From: an uncultured Vampirovibrio sp.
GTDB lineage: Bacteria; Cyanobacteriota; Vampirovibrionia; Gastranaerophilales; Gastranaerophilaceae
DNA length: 64,000 bases
Direction: 5' to 3'
Assembly: GCA_910577515.1 (NCBI GenBank)
Contig: CAJTLW010000006.1
Location: forward strand, 46,799 to 110,798
Below, piece after piece: positions 28,871 to 36,989 of this stretch. The notes under the pieces were generated by a model, which was not told the DNA's origin, made no database searches, and saw nothing but the letters and a program-made list of their open reading frames with translations. A program made the position numbers and the translations under genes. Within the stretch, counting starts at the first letter, position 1. Each line of letters begins with the position of its first letter.

Positions 28871-28872
28871 AG

Positions 28873-29118
28873 TTATTTTCTTTTAACGGGAATTAAATCA
28901 TACCCCAAAGCATCTGCCAAAATGCAGGCTTCTTCGTATGTAAAAGTATTTCTGGTCAATTTACCTTGTAAAGATTGATAAGTATAGTTCTTATTCGTCT
29001 TATCAGATAAAATTCTGACAACATCCTCATATTTAATATCTTCGGAATTACAAAATGCTCTTACGTACTTTTTACTATTCATTCTGTAATAGTAAAATTG
29101 TTTGCAATTTTTAGCCAT
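28873..29118 (-). CDS. Small HTH protein (XRE-like), paralog of 33923..34177
   Basis: The C-terminal LTRNTFTYEEACILADALGYDLIPVKRK aligns with FSRKRIRFETVQEILDFLGYELQIVKKK of the paralog. An internal Met13 is an alternative start in both. Confidence 0.6.
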   Translation of the reverse strand: MAKNCKQFYYYRMNSKKYVRAFCNSEDIKYEDVVRILSDKTNKNYTYQSLQGKLTRNTFTYEEACILADALGYDLIPVKRK

Positions 29119-29137
29119 ATTTGATAATATTTATTCG

Positions 29138-29168
29138 TATACAAATAATTTTATTTATATACAAATAA
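29138..29168. promoter_or_regulatory. Direct-repeat candidate operator (TATACAAATAA x2, 20-nt period)
   Basis: Copies at 29138-29148 and 29158-29168, in the divergent intergenic region between 28873..29118 and 29204..29404. Confidence 0.4.
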
Positions 29169-29203
29169 AATAACTTTACAAAAAGATACAAAAGAGGTTT
29201 ATA

Positions 29204-29404
29204 ATGTCTGCAAAAATGTCAGATTTAGAAAAATTGGAAGAAATGGAATTTTATTTTACGGATTTGCTTGATTCGATAAGAGTTATAAAAAAATGCTTAA
29301 AGGAAAATTTCGACGGCGACATAAGCGAATATGTATGTAATGTACATAAAAAAGTAGATGCAATATATGAAATTCTTTACGCACAAAAGCCGTCAAAACG
29401 TTAA
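29204..29404 (+). CDS. Hypothetical small helical protein
   Basis: 66 aa. SD AGAGG lies about 7 nt upstream of the ATG, and the gene is divergent from the HTH gene. Confidence 0.5.
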   Translation: MSAKMSDLEKLEEMEFYFTDLLDSIRVIKKCLKENFDGDISEYVCNVHKKVDAIYEILYAQKPSKR

Positions 29405-29448
29405 ACTGCACGCTTGAAGCACAATTTGCTATATCTCTATTGTTTTTG

Positions 29449-29644
29449 GAAGCTTAGATATTTAAATTTATTGGCGGTTTTAGCAACGTTCATAGAATTT
29501 CTAAGCTCACTTTTTATTGTTCGCAAACTCGTTGGCATTTTAAGCTAAAGGAAATGCCAACTCAAACATGCTCACTTTATATGTTCGCTAACAAATTCTT
29601 ATTCTCTTATGCTTGACGCCAATAAATTTAAACATCCGAGCTTC
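29449..29644. repeat. 196-nt hairpin element R2 containing module copy 2
   Basis: The 28-nt arms 29449-29476 and 29617-29644 pair at 25 of 28 Watson-Crick positions. The apical 10-bp hairpin 29531-29561 is flanked by imperfect direct repeats at 29505-29528 and 29570-29592. Confidence 0.65.
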
Positions 29645-29762
29645 TTATCCATAGAACTCATTAAGCCGCAAATTTTTCCTGTGTCCTTTTTTATGAAATA
29701 ATTTTATGAAGGGAAAATCTAAAACCCCATAAACCGGCTACACAATTAAAAATCCTCAAAAG

Positions 29763-29791
29763 TTGCGCTAATTTTTTTTTAATAATATAAT
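29763..29791 (+). promoter_or_regulatory. Sigma-70-like promoter for ssb (TTGCGC-17 nt-TATAAT)
   Basis: TTGCGC at 29763-29768 and TATAAT at 29786-29791. Confidence 0.45.
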
Positions 29792-29824
29792 CATCCTTGA
29801 ATATTAAAAAGGAAGGCAAGAAAA

Positions 29825-30166
29825 ATGGCAAATTCAGTTGTTATAGTAGGGCGCGTAGGGCAAGACCCCGAAATGAAATATTATGACAGCGGAAAAATCA
29901 GAACCACTTTTTCTGTTGCCGTAAACCGCTGGGACTCAAGAACTAAAGAACAGGTTACAGACTGGTTTAATATTGAAGTTTGGGATAAACAGGCAGAAAT
30001 TGCAGGCGAATGGGTGAAAAAAGGAAGCCTTGTCGGTGTTGAAGGAAGAGTTGCTTCAAGCAAATGGCAAACTCCTGAAGGTGAAATGGCCGAAAGATTT
30101 TTAATAAGATGTTCAAATTTAAGACTTATGAACTCCAAAAAGGATGAAAACCAAGGGATTGCTTAG
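29825..30166 (+). CDS. ssb: Single-stranded DNA-binding protein (short form)
   Basis: OB-fold blocks NSVVIVGRVGQDPEMKY, TDWFNIEVWDKQAE and GSLVGVEGRV. Only 113 aa, ending ...KKDENQGIA. Confidence 0.85.
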   Translation: MANSVVIVGRVGQDPEMKYYDSGKIRTTFSVAVNRWDSRTKEQVTDWFNIEVWDKQAEIAGEWVKKGSLVGVEGRVASSKWQTPEGEMAERFLIRCSNLRLMNSKKDENQGIA

Positions 30167-31480
30167 ATGTTAATTTCTAATTCCATAGGCATTGTAGCAG
30201 ATGATTTAACCGGCGCAAACGATACAGCCCTTCAGTTTTTTATGAAAGGCTCAAATACGGAAATCATTCTTGATGTAAATTCGCTGAATGAAAACCACCT
30301 GAATGTTGAAACCTGGGCGCTTTGCAACGAAACAAGAAACATAGCACCTGAAGATGCAGGAAAAATCGTATTTGAAGCCACAAGGGTTCTAAAAGAAAAA
30401 TTCGGTATAGAATATTTTTATAAAAAAATTGATTCAACCCTAAGGGGCAATATATCCGTTGAAATTCTTGCCATGCTTGAAGCTACAGGATATGATGCAG
30501 CAATTGTGGCACCGGCTTTTGTGCAGGAAGGAAGAATTACAATCGGCGGATACCAGCTTTTAAAAGGCATACCGATAGAAAGAACCGATGCCGCACGAGA
30601 TCCGAAAGCACCGATTTATGAATCTTATATCCCCGATATCTTAAAAAGGGGCTTATCTGAAAACGCCCATAACCTTGTTGCATCAATTGAAATGAAAACC
30701 ATTGCAAAAGGTGCAGGCCCTATCGCTCTAAAATTAAATGAACTTATTTCAGAGGGTAAAAAATTAATAGTTATGGATTCCGTTTCCACTGTTGATTTTG
30801 AACAGATTGTGCTTGCAATGCAAAAAAGTTCTTATAATATTCTACCCGCTGGCTCTGCAGGTCTTGCGCATGCCCTTGGCGCCGTCTGGCTTTCTGAAAT
30901 TAAACCCCCGCTTCAAAAACAGATACCAAACCTGCCAAAGTTAATCCTTTCAGGCTCTGCAACCTCTTTAACCGCCTTACAAATGAAAAAGCTTGAAATG
31001 GATATGGATATTGATAAAACATATTTCATTTCGCTCTCGCTTGATGACGTTTTAAAAGAGCCGGATAGCATCTTAATCGATAGAATTGCTTCAAACCTTG
31101 TTAAAGATAATATTGTTGCTGTACATGTTTGTGATTTAGAAGAAGAATTAACCAATGAAGAAGCTAAAAGCAGACTAATTGATGAAGGCATTACTAAAGA
31201 AGATTTAGCAACAAGAATAACCGATTACCTTGCAAAACTTGCAAATAATGTTAAACAGAAATCCGAATTTATTTTAATCACAATCGGCGGAGAAACATCA
31301 TACAGATGCTCTAAAGCCATAAATTGTGAATATTTTCAGGTAGTAGATGCTATTTTACCATCTATTCCTTTATGTATGGATTCAAACGCACAACTAATTG
31401 TTACAAAATCAGGCAATTTGGGTACATCTTCTACCCTAATTGATATAGTAAAATATTTTGAGCATCACATTAATGAATAA
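30167..31480 (+). CDS. Four-carbon acid sugar kinase family protein (DUF1537)
   Basis: N-terminal IVADDLTGANDTALQF motif. It is partnered with an overlapping PdxA-family gene, as in tetronate catabolic pairs. Confidence 0.7.
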   Translation: MLISNSIGIVADDLTGANDTALQFFMKGSNTEIILDVNSLNENHLNVETWALCNETRNIAPEDAGKIVFEATRVLKEKFGIEYFYKKIDSTLRGNISVEILAMLEATGYDAAIVAPAFVQEGRITIGGYQLLKGIPIERTDAARDPKAPIYESYIPDILKRGLSENAHNLVASIEMKTIAKGAGPIALKLNELISEGKKLIVMDSVSTVDFEQIVLAMQKSSYNILPAGSAGLAHALGAVWLSEIKPPLQKQIPNLPKLILSGSATSLTALQMKKLEMDMDIDKTYFISLSLDDVLKEPDSILIDRIASNLVKDNIVAVHVCDLEEELTNEEAKSRLIDEGITKEDLATRITDYLAKLANNVKQKSEFILITIGGETSYRCSKAINCEYFQVVDAILPSIPLCMDSNAQLIVTKSGNLGTSSTLIDIVKYFEHHINE

Positions 31481-32366
31481 AATTGCAATAACAACAGGTG
31501 ATATTAAAGGCATTGGCGAAGAAATTACAATCAAAGCTTTAAATGCCTTAAATTTGCCTGAAAATAAAGTTTTAATAATAGGGAAAAACCTGAACAATAT
31601 CTTAAATAAATCTTATGAAACAATTGAAGTTGACCCTTCAGACAACGGAAAATTTTGTTTCACCACCTTAAAAATTGCTTCATCTCTTGCAAATGAAGGT
31701 AAAATCAAGGCCATAGTCACAGCACCAGTTTCAAAAGAGACACTTTTTAAATCAGGATATAAATATTCAGGCCAAACAGAAATTTTGCAGGAATTTTTAG
31801 GGGATAAAAACTCTAAAGCAGAGATGATGTTTATTTCAAACGATTTAAGAGTTCTACTTTTAACCCGCCACCTAGCGCTTAAAGACATAAAACTAACCAA
31901 GGATTTAATTATAGAAAAAGTTTTAAGGACAAATAAATTTTTAATTGAAAAATGCAATATTAAAAAACCGAAATTTGCCCTTTGCGCCTTAAACCCTCAT
32001 GCTGGCGAAAACGGCATTTTAGGCAAAGAAGAGATTGATATAATGAACCCTGCAGTCGATTACCTTAAAAGCCTCGGCATAGATATCACCCCGCCATTAA
32101 GTGCAGACGGGCTTTTTGCGCATGTCGGGGAAAAATATTTAAACAACCAAAAACAAGACTATGATTGTATTTTAGCAGCATATCACGACCAGGGGCTTTG
32201 CCCTGTTAAAGCTTTATGCTTTAAAAAAGTTGTAAATACAACAATAGGTTTGAAAGTAATAAGAACATCCCCCTCTTCAGGCACAGCCTATGATATTGCA
32301 GGAAAAAACATTGCAGACCCCTCAGGTATGATTGAAGCTGTAAAATTAGCCGTAAAATTGTCTTAA
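31473..32366 (+). CDS. pdxA: PdxA-family 4-hydroxythreonine-4-phosphate dehydrogenase-like oxidoreductase
   Basis: IAITTGDIKGIGEEI, NPHAGENG, YHDQGL and RTSPSSGTAYDIAGK are present. The track start at 31458 is TTG. I prefer ATG 31473, which overlaps the upstream stop. Confidence 0.8.
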   Translation: MNKIAITTGDIKGIGEEITIKALNALNLPENKVLIIGKNLNNILNKSYETIEVDPSDNGKFCFTTLKIASSLANEGKIKAIVTAPVSKETLFKSGYKYSGQTEILQEFLGDKNSKAEMMFISNDLRVLLLTRHLALKDIKLTKDLIIEKVLRTNKFLIEKCNIKKPKFALCALNPHAGENGILGKEEIDIMNPAVDYLKSLGIDITPPLSADGLFAHVGEKYLNNQKQDYDCILAAYHDQGLCPVKALCFKKVVNTTIGLKVIRTSPSSGTAYDIAGKNIADPSGMIEAVKLAVKLS

Positions 32367-32434
32367 CTATCCACCTGAATATTGATTTAAGGGGCGATTT
32401 TTTTCTTATGGCTTAAGAATAAAATATTTTCATT

Positions 32435-33907
32435 ATGGCAAACAATTTTTTTAACGAATTTCAAAACGGAAACTGCAACAGCACAGATGCAATCGCAGGC
32501 GGCTGCTCAATTGACCCTTCAACTTATGCACTTGAAGAATTATTATTAAATGAAATAAAGCAAATTGCATTTTATGTAACCAAACTTTCAGAATTTAACT
32601 TAAAAAATGACGACATTATGCAAAAAACAATAAAAGCATTGTCTGTCATCCTTATAAATACTGCTTTTCGGCTTGAAGATTATATAAAACTTTTATATGA
32701 AATCGAAGCTAGTAAACTTGAGGTTAAAGAAAAATATTTAAAAACCGCAAAAGAAAAAAGTATAAAGTATGAGCTTGTTGAAAACGCAATAAAGTTACCT
32801 GAAAACCCAACGCTCACAAACCTTTTAAGATTGGGAGAGACTCTTGTTGCTGAAAAAAGGAAAGGCTATGAACCAAAAAAGCTTGATTTAATTGAGCTTA
32901 TAGCATTTTTCGCAAGAACAACAAGTATTAATTTAGAAAAACTTTCACACCTTGGATATCAAAACCCTGAGTGGAACTTTCAGGTTTTAAAATTTTTAAA
33001 TTTAATTAATATTACATCCAAAAAAACCGAAAAATTAAAACAAAATATTTGCGATTTTTCACAAATTTCTTTTGAAATATGGCAAAAATTAATGGAAATC
33101 CTTGAAAAAACCTATGGCAAAAGGATTGAAACCGACATAAATTTTGAAATAAAGGAAGGAAAATCCATCCTTGTTTCAGGCTCTGATTTGGATGAACTTG
33201 ATAAACTGCTTCAAGCACTTGAAGGGCAGGATATAAATGTATACACAAATTCAAGTCTTTTTAACGCTTTCAGCTACCCGCATTTTTCAAAATATAAAAA
33301 CCTGATAGGCCACTTTGGGGGAGAAAATGCAGAAATTGATTTTACAAATTTTAAAGGCCCTGTTTTTGCAACCCAAAATTTCCTTCAAAGGGTAGACAAT
33401 CTCCGCCACGGAACAATTTATACAACAAAAATAATTGCTCCTGAAAAAATGGTAAGAATTAAAGATAATAATTTCACTTCATTAATTGAAAACGCCTTAA
33501 AATCAAAAGGTTTTACCAAAGAAGACATTACAAAACCTGAAAAAATTACTTTAAAATACAACCTTAAAGACATTAATGAGATTATCAAAAAAGCCAATGG
33601 TAAAGATATTACAATCATTGTAGGTTCTTATAAAAAATCTGAAATTACCAAAAAATTTGAAAACGGTTTATTAATCGAACTTGATTCACCTGTTGAAATA
33701 CAGCTTTTAATTTACATTTTAAAAGAAACAAATTGCAAAAATATAAATCTTGTAATCACACACTGCTCGCCAAACACAGTTAATATTCTTTTAAGCACGC
33801 TCTTTAGCGACCCTGAAAAACTTTATTTTGCAAAATGTCCTAATTCAATAATTAATCCGCACATAATAAACGCACTGACAGAACATTTTGGGGTAGAAAT
33901 TTTATAA
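32435..33907 (+). CDS. Hybrid-cluster-protein (Hcp/prismane)-like protein, divergent
   Basis: ILVSGSDLDELDKLLQALEGQDINVYTNSSLFNAFSYPHFSKYKNLIGHFGG parallels the Hcp core block as I recall it (ILVSGHDL...INVYTHGEMLPA...YP..KKY.HL.GNYG). The N-terminal Cys cluster is reduced to 2 Cys. Confidence 0.45.
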   Translation: MANNFFNEFQNGNCNSTDAIAGGCSIDPSTYALEELLLNEIKQIAFYVTKLSEFNLKNDDIMQKTIKALSVILINTAFRLEDYIKLLYEIEASKLEVKEKYLKTAKEKSIKYELVENAIKLPENPTLTNLLRLGETLVAEKRKGYEPKKLDLIELIAFFARTTSINLEKLSHLGYQNPEWNFQVLKFLNLINITSKKTEKLKQNICDFSQISFEIWQKLMEILEKTYGKRIETDINFEIKEGKSILVSGSDLDELDKLLQALEGQDINVYTNSSLFNAFSYPHFSKYKNLIGHFGGENAEIDFTNFKGPVFATQNFLQRVDNLRHGTIYTTKIIAPEKMVRIKDNNFTSLIENALKSKGFTKEDITKPEKITLKYNLKDINEIIKKANGKDITIIVGSYKKSEITKKFENGLLIELDSPVEIQLLIYILKETNCKNINLVITHCSPNTVNILLSTLFSDPEKLYFAKCPNSIINPHIINALTEHFGVEIL

Positions 33908-33922
33908 AAAAGGGCGTAAAAG

Positions 33923-34177
33923 CTAATTTTCTTTTTTCTTTACAATTTGTAACTCATATCCAAGAAAATCCAAAATTTCCTGAACTGTTTCAAACCTTAT
34001 TCTTTTTCTTGAAAAAAGCACGGAAAGACCGCTTGAAGCAGGCATTTTATGCCCTGCATTATTCATTTTTAAGATAAGCTTTCTCATTGAAAGACCGCAT
34101 CTTAAAAGAATTATTTGTATTTCCTGCTTGATATTTAACATCGTAACAATGCTACCTTTATTTATATCAATTGACAA
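33923..34177 (-). CDS. Small HTH protein (XRE-like), paralog of 28873..29118
   Basis: TTG start at 34177, or Met13. HTH-like LLRCGLSMRKLILKM...FETVQEILDFLGYEL. It is divergent from the glycine-rich gene. Confidence 0.6.
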   Translation of the reverse strand: MSIDINKGSIVTMLNIKQEIQIILLRCGLSMRKLILKMNNAGHKMPASSGLSVLFSRKRIRFETVQEILDFLGYELQIVKKKEN

Positions 34178-34189
34178 TTTAATAAAATT

Positions 34190-34230
34190 TTGCTATTCAT
34201 GTTTTATTATTGCTAATTAATAAGTAGCAA
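34190..34230. promoter_or_regulatory. Candidate operator: TTGCTA half-sites
   Basis: TTGCTA at 34190 and 34210 (20-nt period), with an inverted TAGCAA at 34225-34230. The sites overlap a possible promoter (TTGACA 34171-34176, TGcTATTCA 34191-34199). Confidence 0.4.
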
Positions 34231-34241
34231 ATATTAAGGAG

Positions 34242-36887
34242 ATGAATATGCAATTAAAAAATTATAATTTTAAAGCCGCCGCCTGTATATTGCCCAACAG
34301 GATAACCTCCTGTCATTGCAAACACATCCGGAAAAACGATGGTGCAGTAATTCGCCACATTCTGTCATTGCGAGGGACCGAAGGGAGCGAAGCAATCCGG
34401 AAGAAAAATAAATGCAACTGGATTGCCACAGTCACTTCGTTCCTTCGCAATGACATTCATATTCCTGCCTTTTCACTCGTTGAAATGCTTATGGCACTGC
34501 TTGTGGCATCATTGCTGCTTGCAGCCCTTGCCCCTGTCATGACTAAAAGATTATCGGGTGAAAACATTATGGTAGGAGCAGTATCAAAAAATAACGGAAA
34601 CGAAACCCATGGGGTTGAAATTATTGAATATGACACAATAAATGATTCTGATAAAAATTTTACTAAAAAAAGTTTTACAGTACCTCAGGGAGTTCATACT
34701 TTAAGTTTAATTATTCAAGCAGGCGGTGGAGGCGGAGCGGGAGCAACATCAGGATATACAAAATACAATCAGGTATTTGATACATCAACAAAAGCTTCTG
34801 ATTCAATTGTAATAGAAGGTGATTTAGTGGGTATTAAAAATGTAAGGGTGGATTTAACAGGTGGCGGCGGGGGCGGAGGAGGTGCCGTTGCTACTGTTAT
34901 AGATTGTAAAGAACCAAACAAACATAAGTATATTAATCCGACACAGGGAAATGGAAACCAACAGTGTGTTAATAAATTCAATGTAGGGGATGCAAACGGC
35001 CCTGCTATTGCAAGCGGAGCAAGAAAATGTACACAAGGTGTGGATACTCCAGAATGCAGGGAGTGTGGCGACAGCACAAAAGCAATTTATGGAAAATGCT
35101 ATTTTGTCGGAAATTACACAGATTGCAGCGAAGACCCTGCAGGCGGCTGGACAGGATGCAACAGAACAGGGCTTCAAAAGCCTATAGGTAAAACTTCCTG
35201 TGCAAATTATACAGGAGCCGGGCTTGCAAAGGGTAAATGGAGAATGCCCAAGGTTGCAGATGTTTCAAAATATAAAACATATATAAAACAGCTCAACTTT
35301 GGGCAAGGAGCAAACGGGCTTCAAGTATGTCAATTTGAAACAGAAGCAGCCTCGACAAATAAAATAGCATTGTGTACAGGTAATTCTCAAAAATGTTATG
35401 GGGTACCCCAAAACGATTGCGATATCCATGGCGTTCATTTGGATGAAGCAACAGGTGGCGTGTTTTATGGAACTGGCAGCGTTAATTCAGGTTGTAGCGC
35501 AGATTACTTAGGTTGCATAGAAAATGTTCAATCTGCCCGTTGCCTCACCACAGATAATGGTGCCTTCACCTTTGCTTACAAAACAGGCGGAGGCGGAGGA
35601 GCAGGCGCAAGAGTATATAACTACACTCTCCCTGAAACATACAATGGGAAAAAATTATTTGAAAAAGGAAACAGGATAAATATACAAAGGGGCGAAGCTG
35701 GTGCAGGAGGTGAAGCTGGTGTAAACGGAAGTGCAGGAACCCCAAGCTGCTTACAGGTACAGGATAGCGAAGGAAACGGTATATTCTTTTTCTGTGCAAT
35801 GGGAGGAAACTTTGGTAAAGCAGCAACAACATCAGCCTGTGGCACAGCAGGCGGTACCAATGCAACTTGTGCAATAGGAACAAATTCTACAGATTATACT
35901 GCCGTAAATTGTTCAAACTATGGAACAGTGGTTTCAAAAGGTGGAAGCAATGGAGTTTCAAAAACCGTTTCATACAATGAAACAGTAAACGGGGGAAATG
36001 GTGCAGCTTCAACATATAATACAAGCCTTGCAGGGGGAAGCGGAGGAAGCGGAATAGCAACATCTACTGCAACACAAAATTCAATAAACGGTAAATCTCC
36101 TTCAGTATCAGGAACAAACTATCCTTATGGTGCAGGAGGCGGAGGAGGAAGTGCAGGAAGAGGTGCAAATTCATCAGCTGTTTTAACAGGTAAAGGCGGA
36201 GGTGGATATATAGGATATGCAAAATTAACTTATGATGTTGAAAGAACAGGTGCTTCAGGGGGCGGTGGAGGTGGTGGTTCTATGGCAGCCATTGCATCGC
36301 TTGAAGTAGATGCAGGCAAAAGTTATGAAGTAATTGCAGGAAAAGGTGGTAAAGGTGGAAATGTAAATGCTGATGGGGAAGACGGGTATAAAAGCAGCTT
36401 TAAATATTCAAGTTCAAAGGTTATAGAAGCAAACCCGGGGCTTGGAGGAAAAACAGGTACCCATACAGATGTATATTCAATAGGAGGGCTTGCAGGAAAC
36501 GGAGGAAATAAGGTAAACCCCGGAGTTGGTTTTGGAATAACAATAAAAGAAGGGTTAAAAGGAACTAACGGATACAACTACGATAGTACAAAAACTAAAA
36601 AGAGTATGGGAGGTAATGGTGGTAAATCGGGAATTGGAACTGATGGCGGCTGTGGAGGGTTAAGTTCATATTATGAAACAAGCTCTTTTGTATCAAATAC
36701 TGACAAAAATGAATGTAAAATTACCAATATTAATGCAGAATCCGGTCTTTATCTTTTAAATACATTGTATATGGGGACAGACTATGGAAGAGCAGGCTCA
36801 GGCGGAGGAGGCGGAGGCTTTGAAAGTTTCTCCCTCTATGGCGTAGGCGGAAATGGAGGAAATGGATATGTATTCATTAAATGGTAA
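34242..36887 (+). CDS. Giant glycine-rich / cysteine-rich protein with prepilin-type N-terminal motif
   Basis: SD AAGGAG at 34236-34241, with ATGs at 34242 and 34248. The class III signal-like motif A|FSLVEMLMALLVASLLLAALAP has Glu at +5 (residues 76-98). Twelve or more Gly-run motifs are present, from FTVPQGVHTLSLIIQAGGGGGAG to GGGGGGFESFSLYGVGGNGGNGYVFIKW. A segment of about 220 aa holds more than 20 Cys. Confidence 0.7.
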   Translation: MNMQLKNYNFKAAACILPNRITSCHCKHIRKNDGAVIRHILSLRGTEGSEAIRKKNKCNWIATVTSFLRNDIHIPAFSLVEMLMALLVASLLLAALAPVMTKRLSGENIMVGAVSKNNGNETHGVEIIEYDTINDSDKNFTKKSFTVPQGVHTLSLIIQAGGGGGAGATSGYTKYNQVFDTSTKASDSIVIEGDLVGIKNVRVDLTGGGGGGGGAVATVIDCKEPNKHKYINPTQGNGNQQCVNKFNVGDANGPAIASGARKCTQGVDTPECRECGDSTKAIYGKCYFVGNYTDCSEDPAGGWTGCNRTGLQKPIGKTSCANYTGAGLAKGKWRMPKVADVSKYKTYIKQLNFGQGANGLQVCQFETEAASTNKIALCTGNSQKCYGVPQNDCDIHGVHLDEATGGVFYGTGSVNSGCSADYLGCIENVQSARCLTTDNGAFTFAYKTGGGGGAGARVYNYTLPETYNGKKLFEKGNRINIQRGEAGAGGEAGVNGSAGTPSCLQVQDSEGNGIFFFCAMGGNFGKAATTSACGTAGGTNATCAIGTNSTDYTAVNCSNYGTVVSKGGSNGVSKTVSYNETVNGGNGAASTYNTSLAGGSGGSGIATSTATQNSINGKSPSVSGTNYPYGAGGGGGSAGRGANSSAVLTGKGGGGYIGYAKLTYDVERTGASGGGGGGGSMAAIASLEVDAGKSYEVIAGKGGKGGNVNADGEDGYKSSFKYSSSKVIEANPGLGGKTGTHTDVYSIGGLAGNGGNKVNPGVGFGITIKEGLKGTNGYNYDSTKTKKSMGGNGGKSGIGTDGGCGGLSSYYETSSFVSNTDKNECKITNINAESGLYLLNTLYMGTDYGRAGSGGGGGGFESFSLYGVGGNGGNGYVFIKW
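34363..34455. repeat. Palindromic repeat TGTCATTGCGAG...GCAATCC...GGATTGC...TCGCAATGACA, copy A (inside the CDS leader)
   Basis: An imperfect hairpin of about 93 nt, with a partial extra half-copy at 34311-34331. It translates in frame as ...SLRGTEGSEAIRKKNKCNWIATVTSFLRND... Confidence 0.8.
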
Positions 36888-36929
36888 ATACTTAAACTTT
36901 TAATCAAATTTTTAGATGAACAACTTTTC

Positions 36930-36968
36930 AAGGAGTGCTTATTGTAACCTTAGCACTCCTTTTTTTTA
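36930..36968 (+). terminator. Intrinsic terminator of the glycine-rich gene
   Basis: 10-bp stem AAGGAGTGCT / AGCACTCCTT followed by a T9 run. Confidence 0.8.
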
Positions 36969-36989
36969 TTGAAATTTAGAATAAAATTC

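Noticed and set aside
29505-29592. Possible mini-CRISPR (two ~24-nt direct repeats separated by 41 nt)
   Set aside because: There are only two imperfect copies, and the would-be spacer is itself a perfect hairpin. The whole unit is embedded in a larger palindrome, and no cas genes or leader are in the window.
29449-29644. Integron attC site or 6S RNA interpretation of R2
   Set aside because: There are no RYYYAAC/GTTRRRY core sites at the ends and no integrase. For 6S RNA, the closing stem is too perfect, the supposed central bubble is formed by direct repeats rather than conserved unpaired strands, and the module recurs in R1 in a different context.
34451-34472. ATT (34454 or 34460) as a non-canonical start giving a short normal prepilin leader (M)HIPA|FSLVE
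   Set aside because: No SD-like sequence precedes it, and AUU initiation is rare. The strong SD is at 34236-34241. I left it as an open alternative in the finding rather than annotating it.
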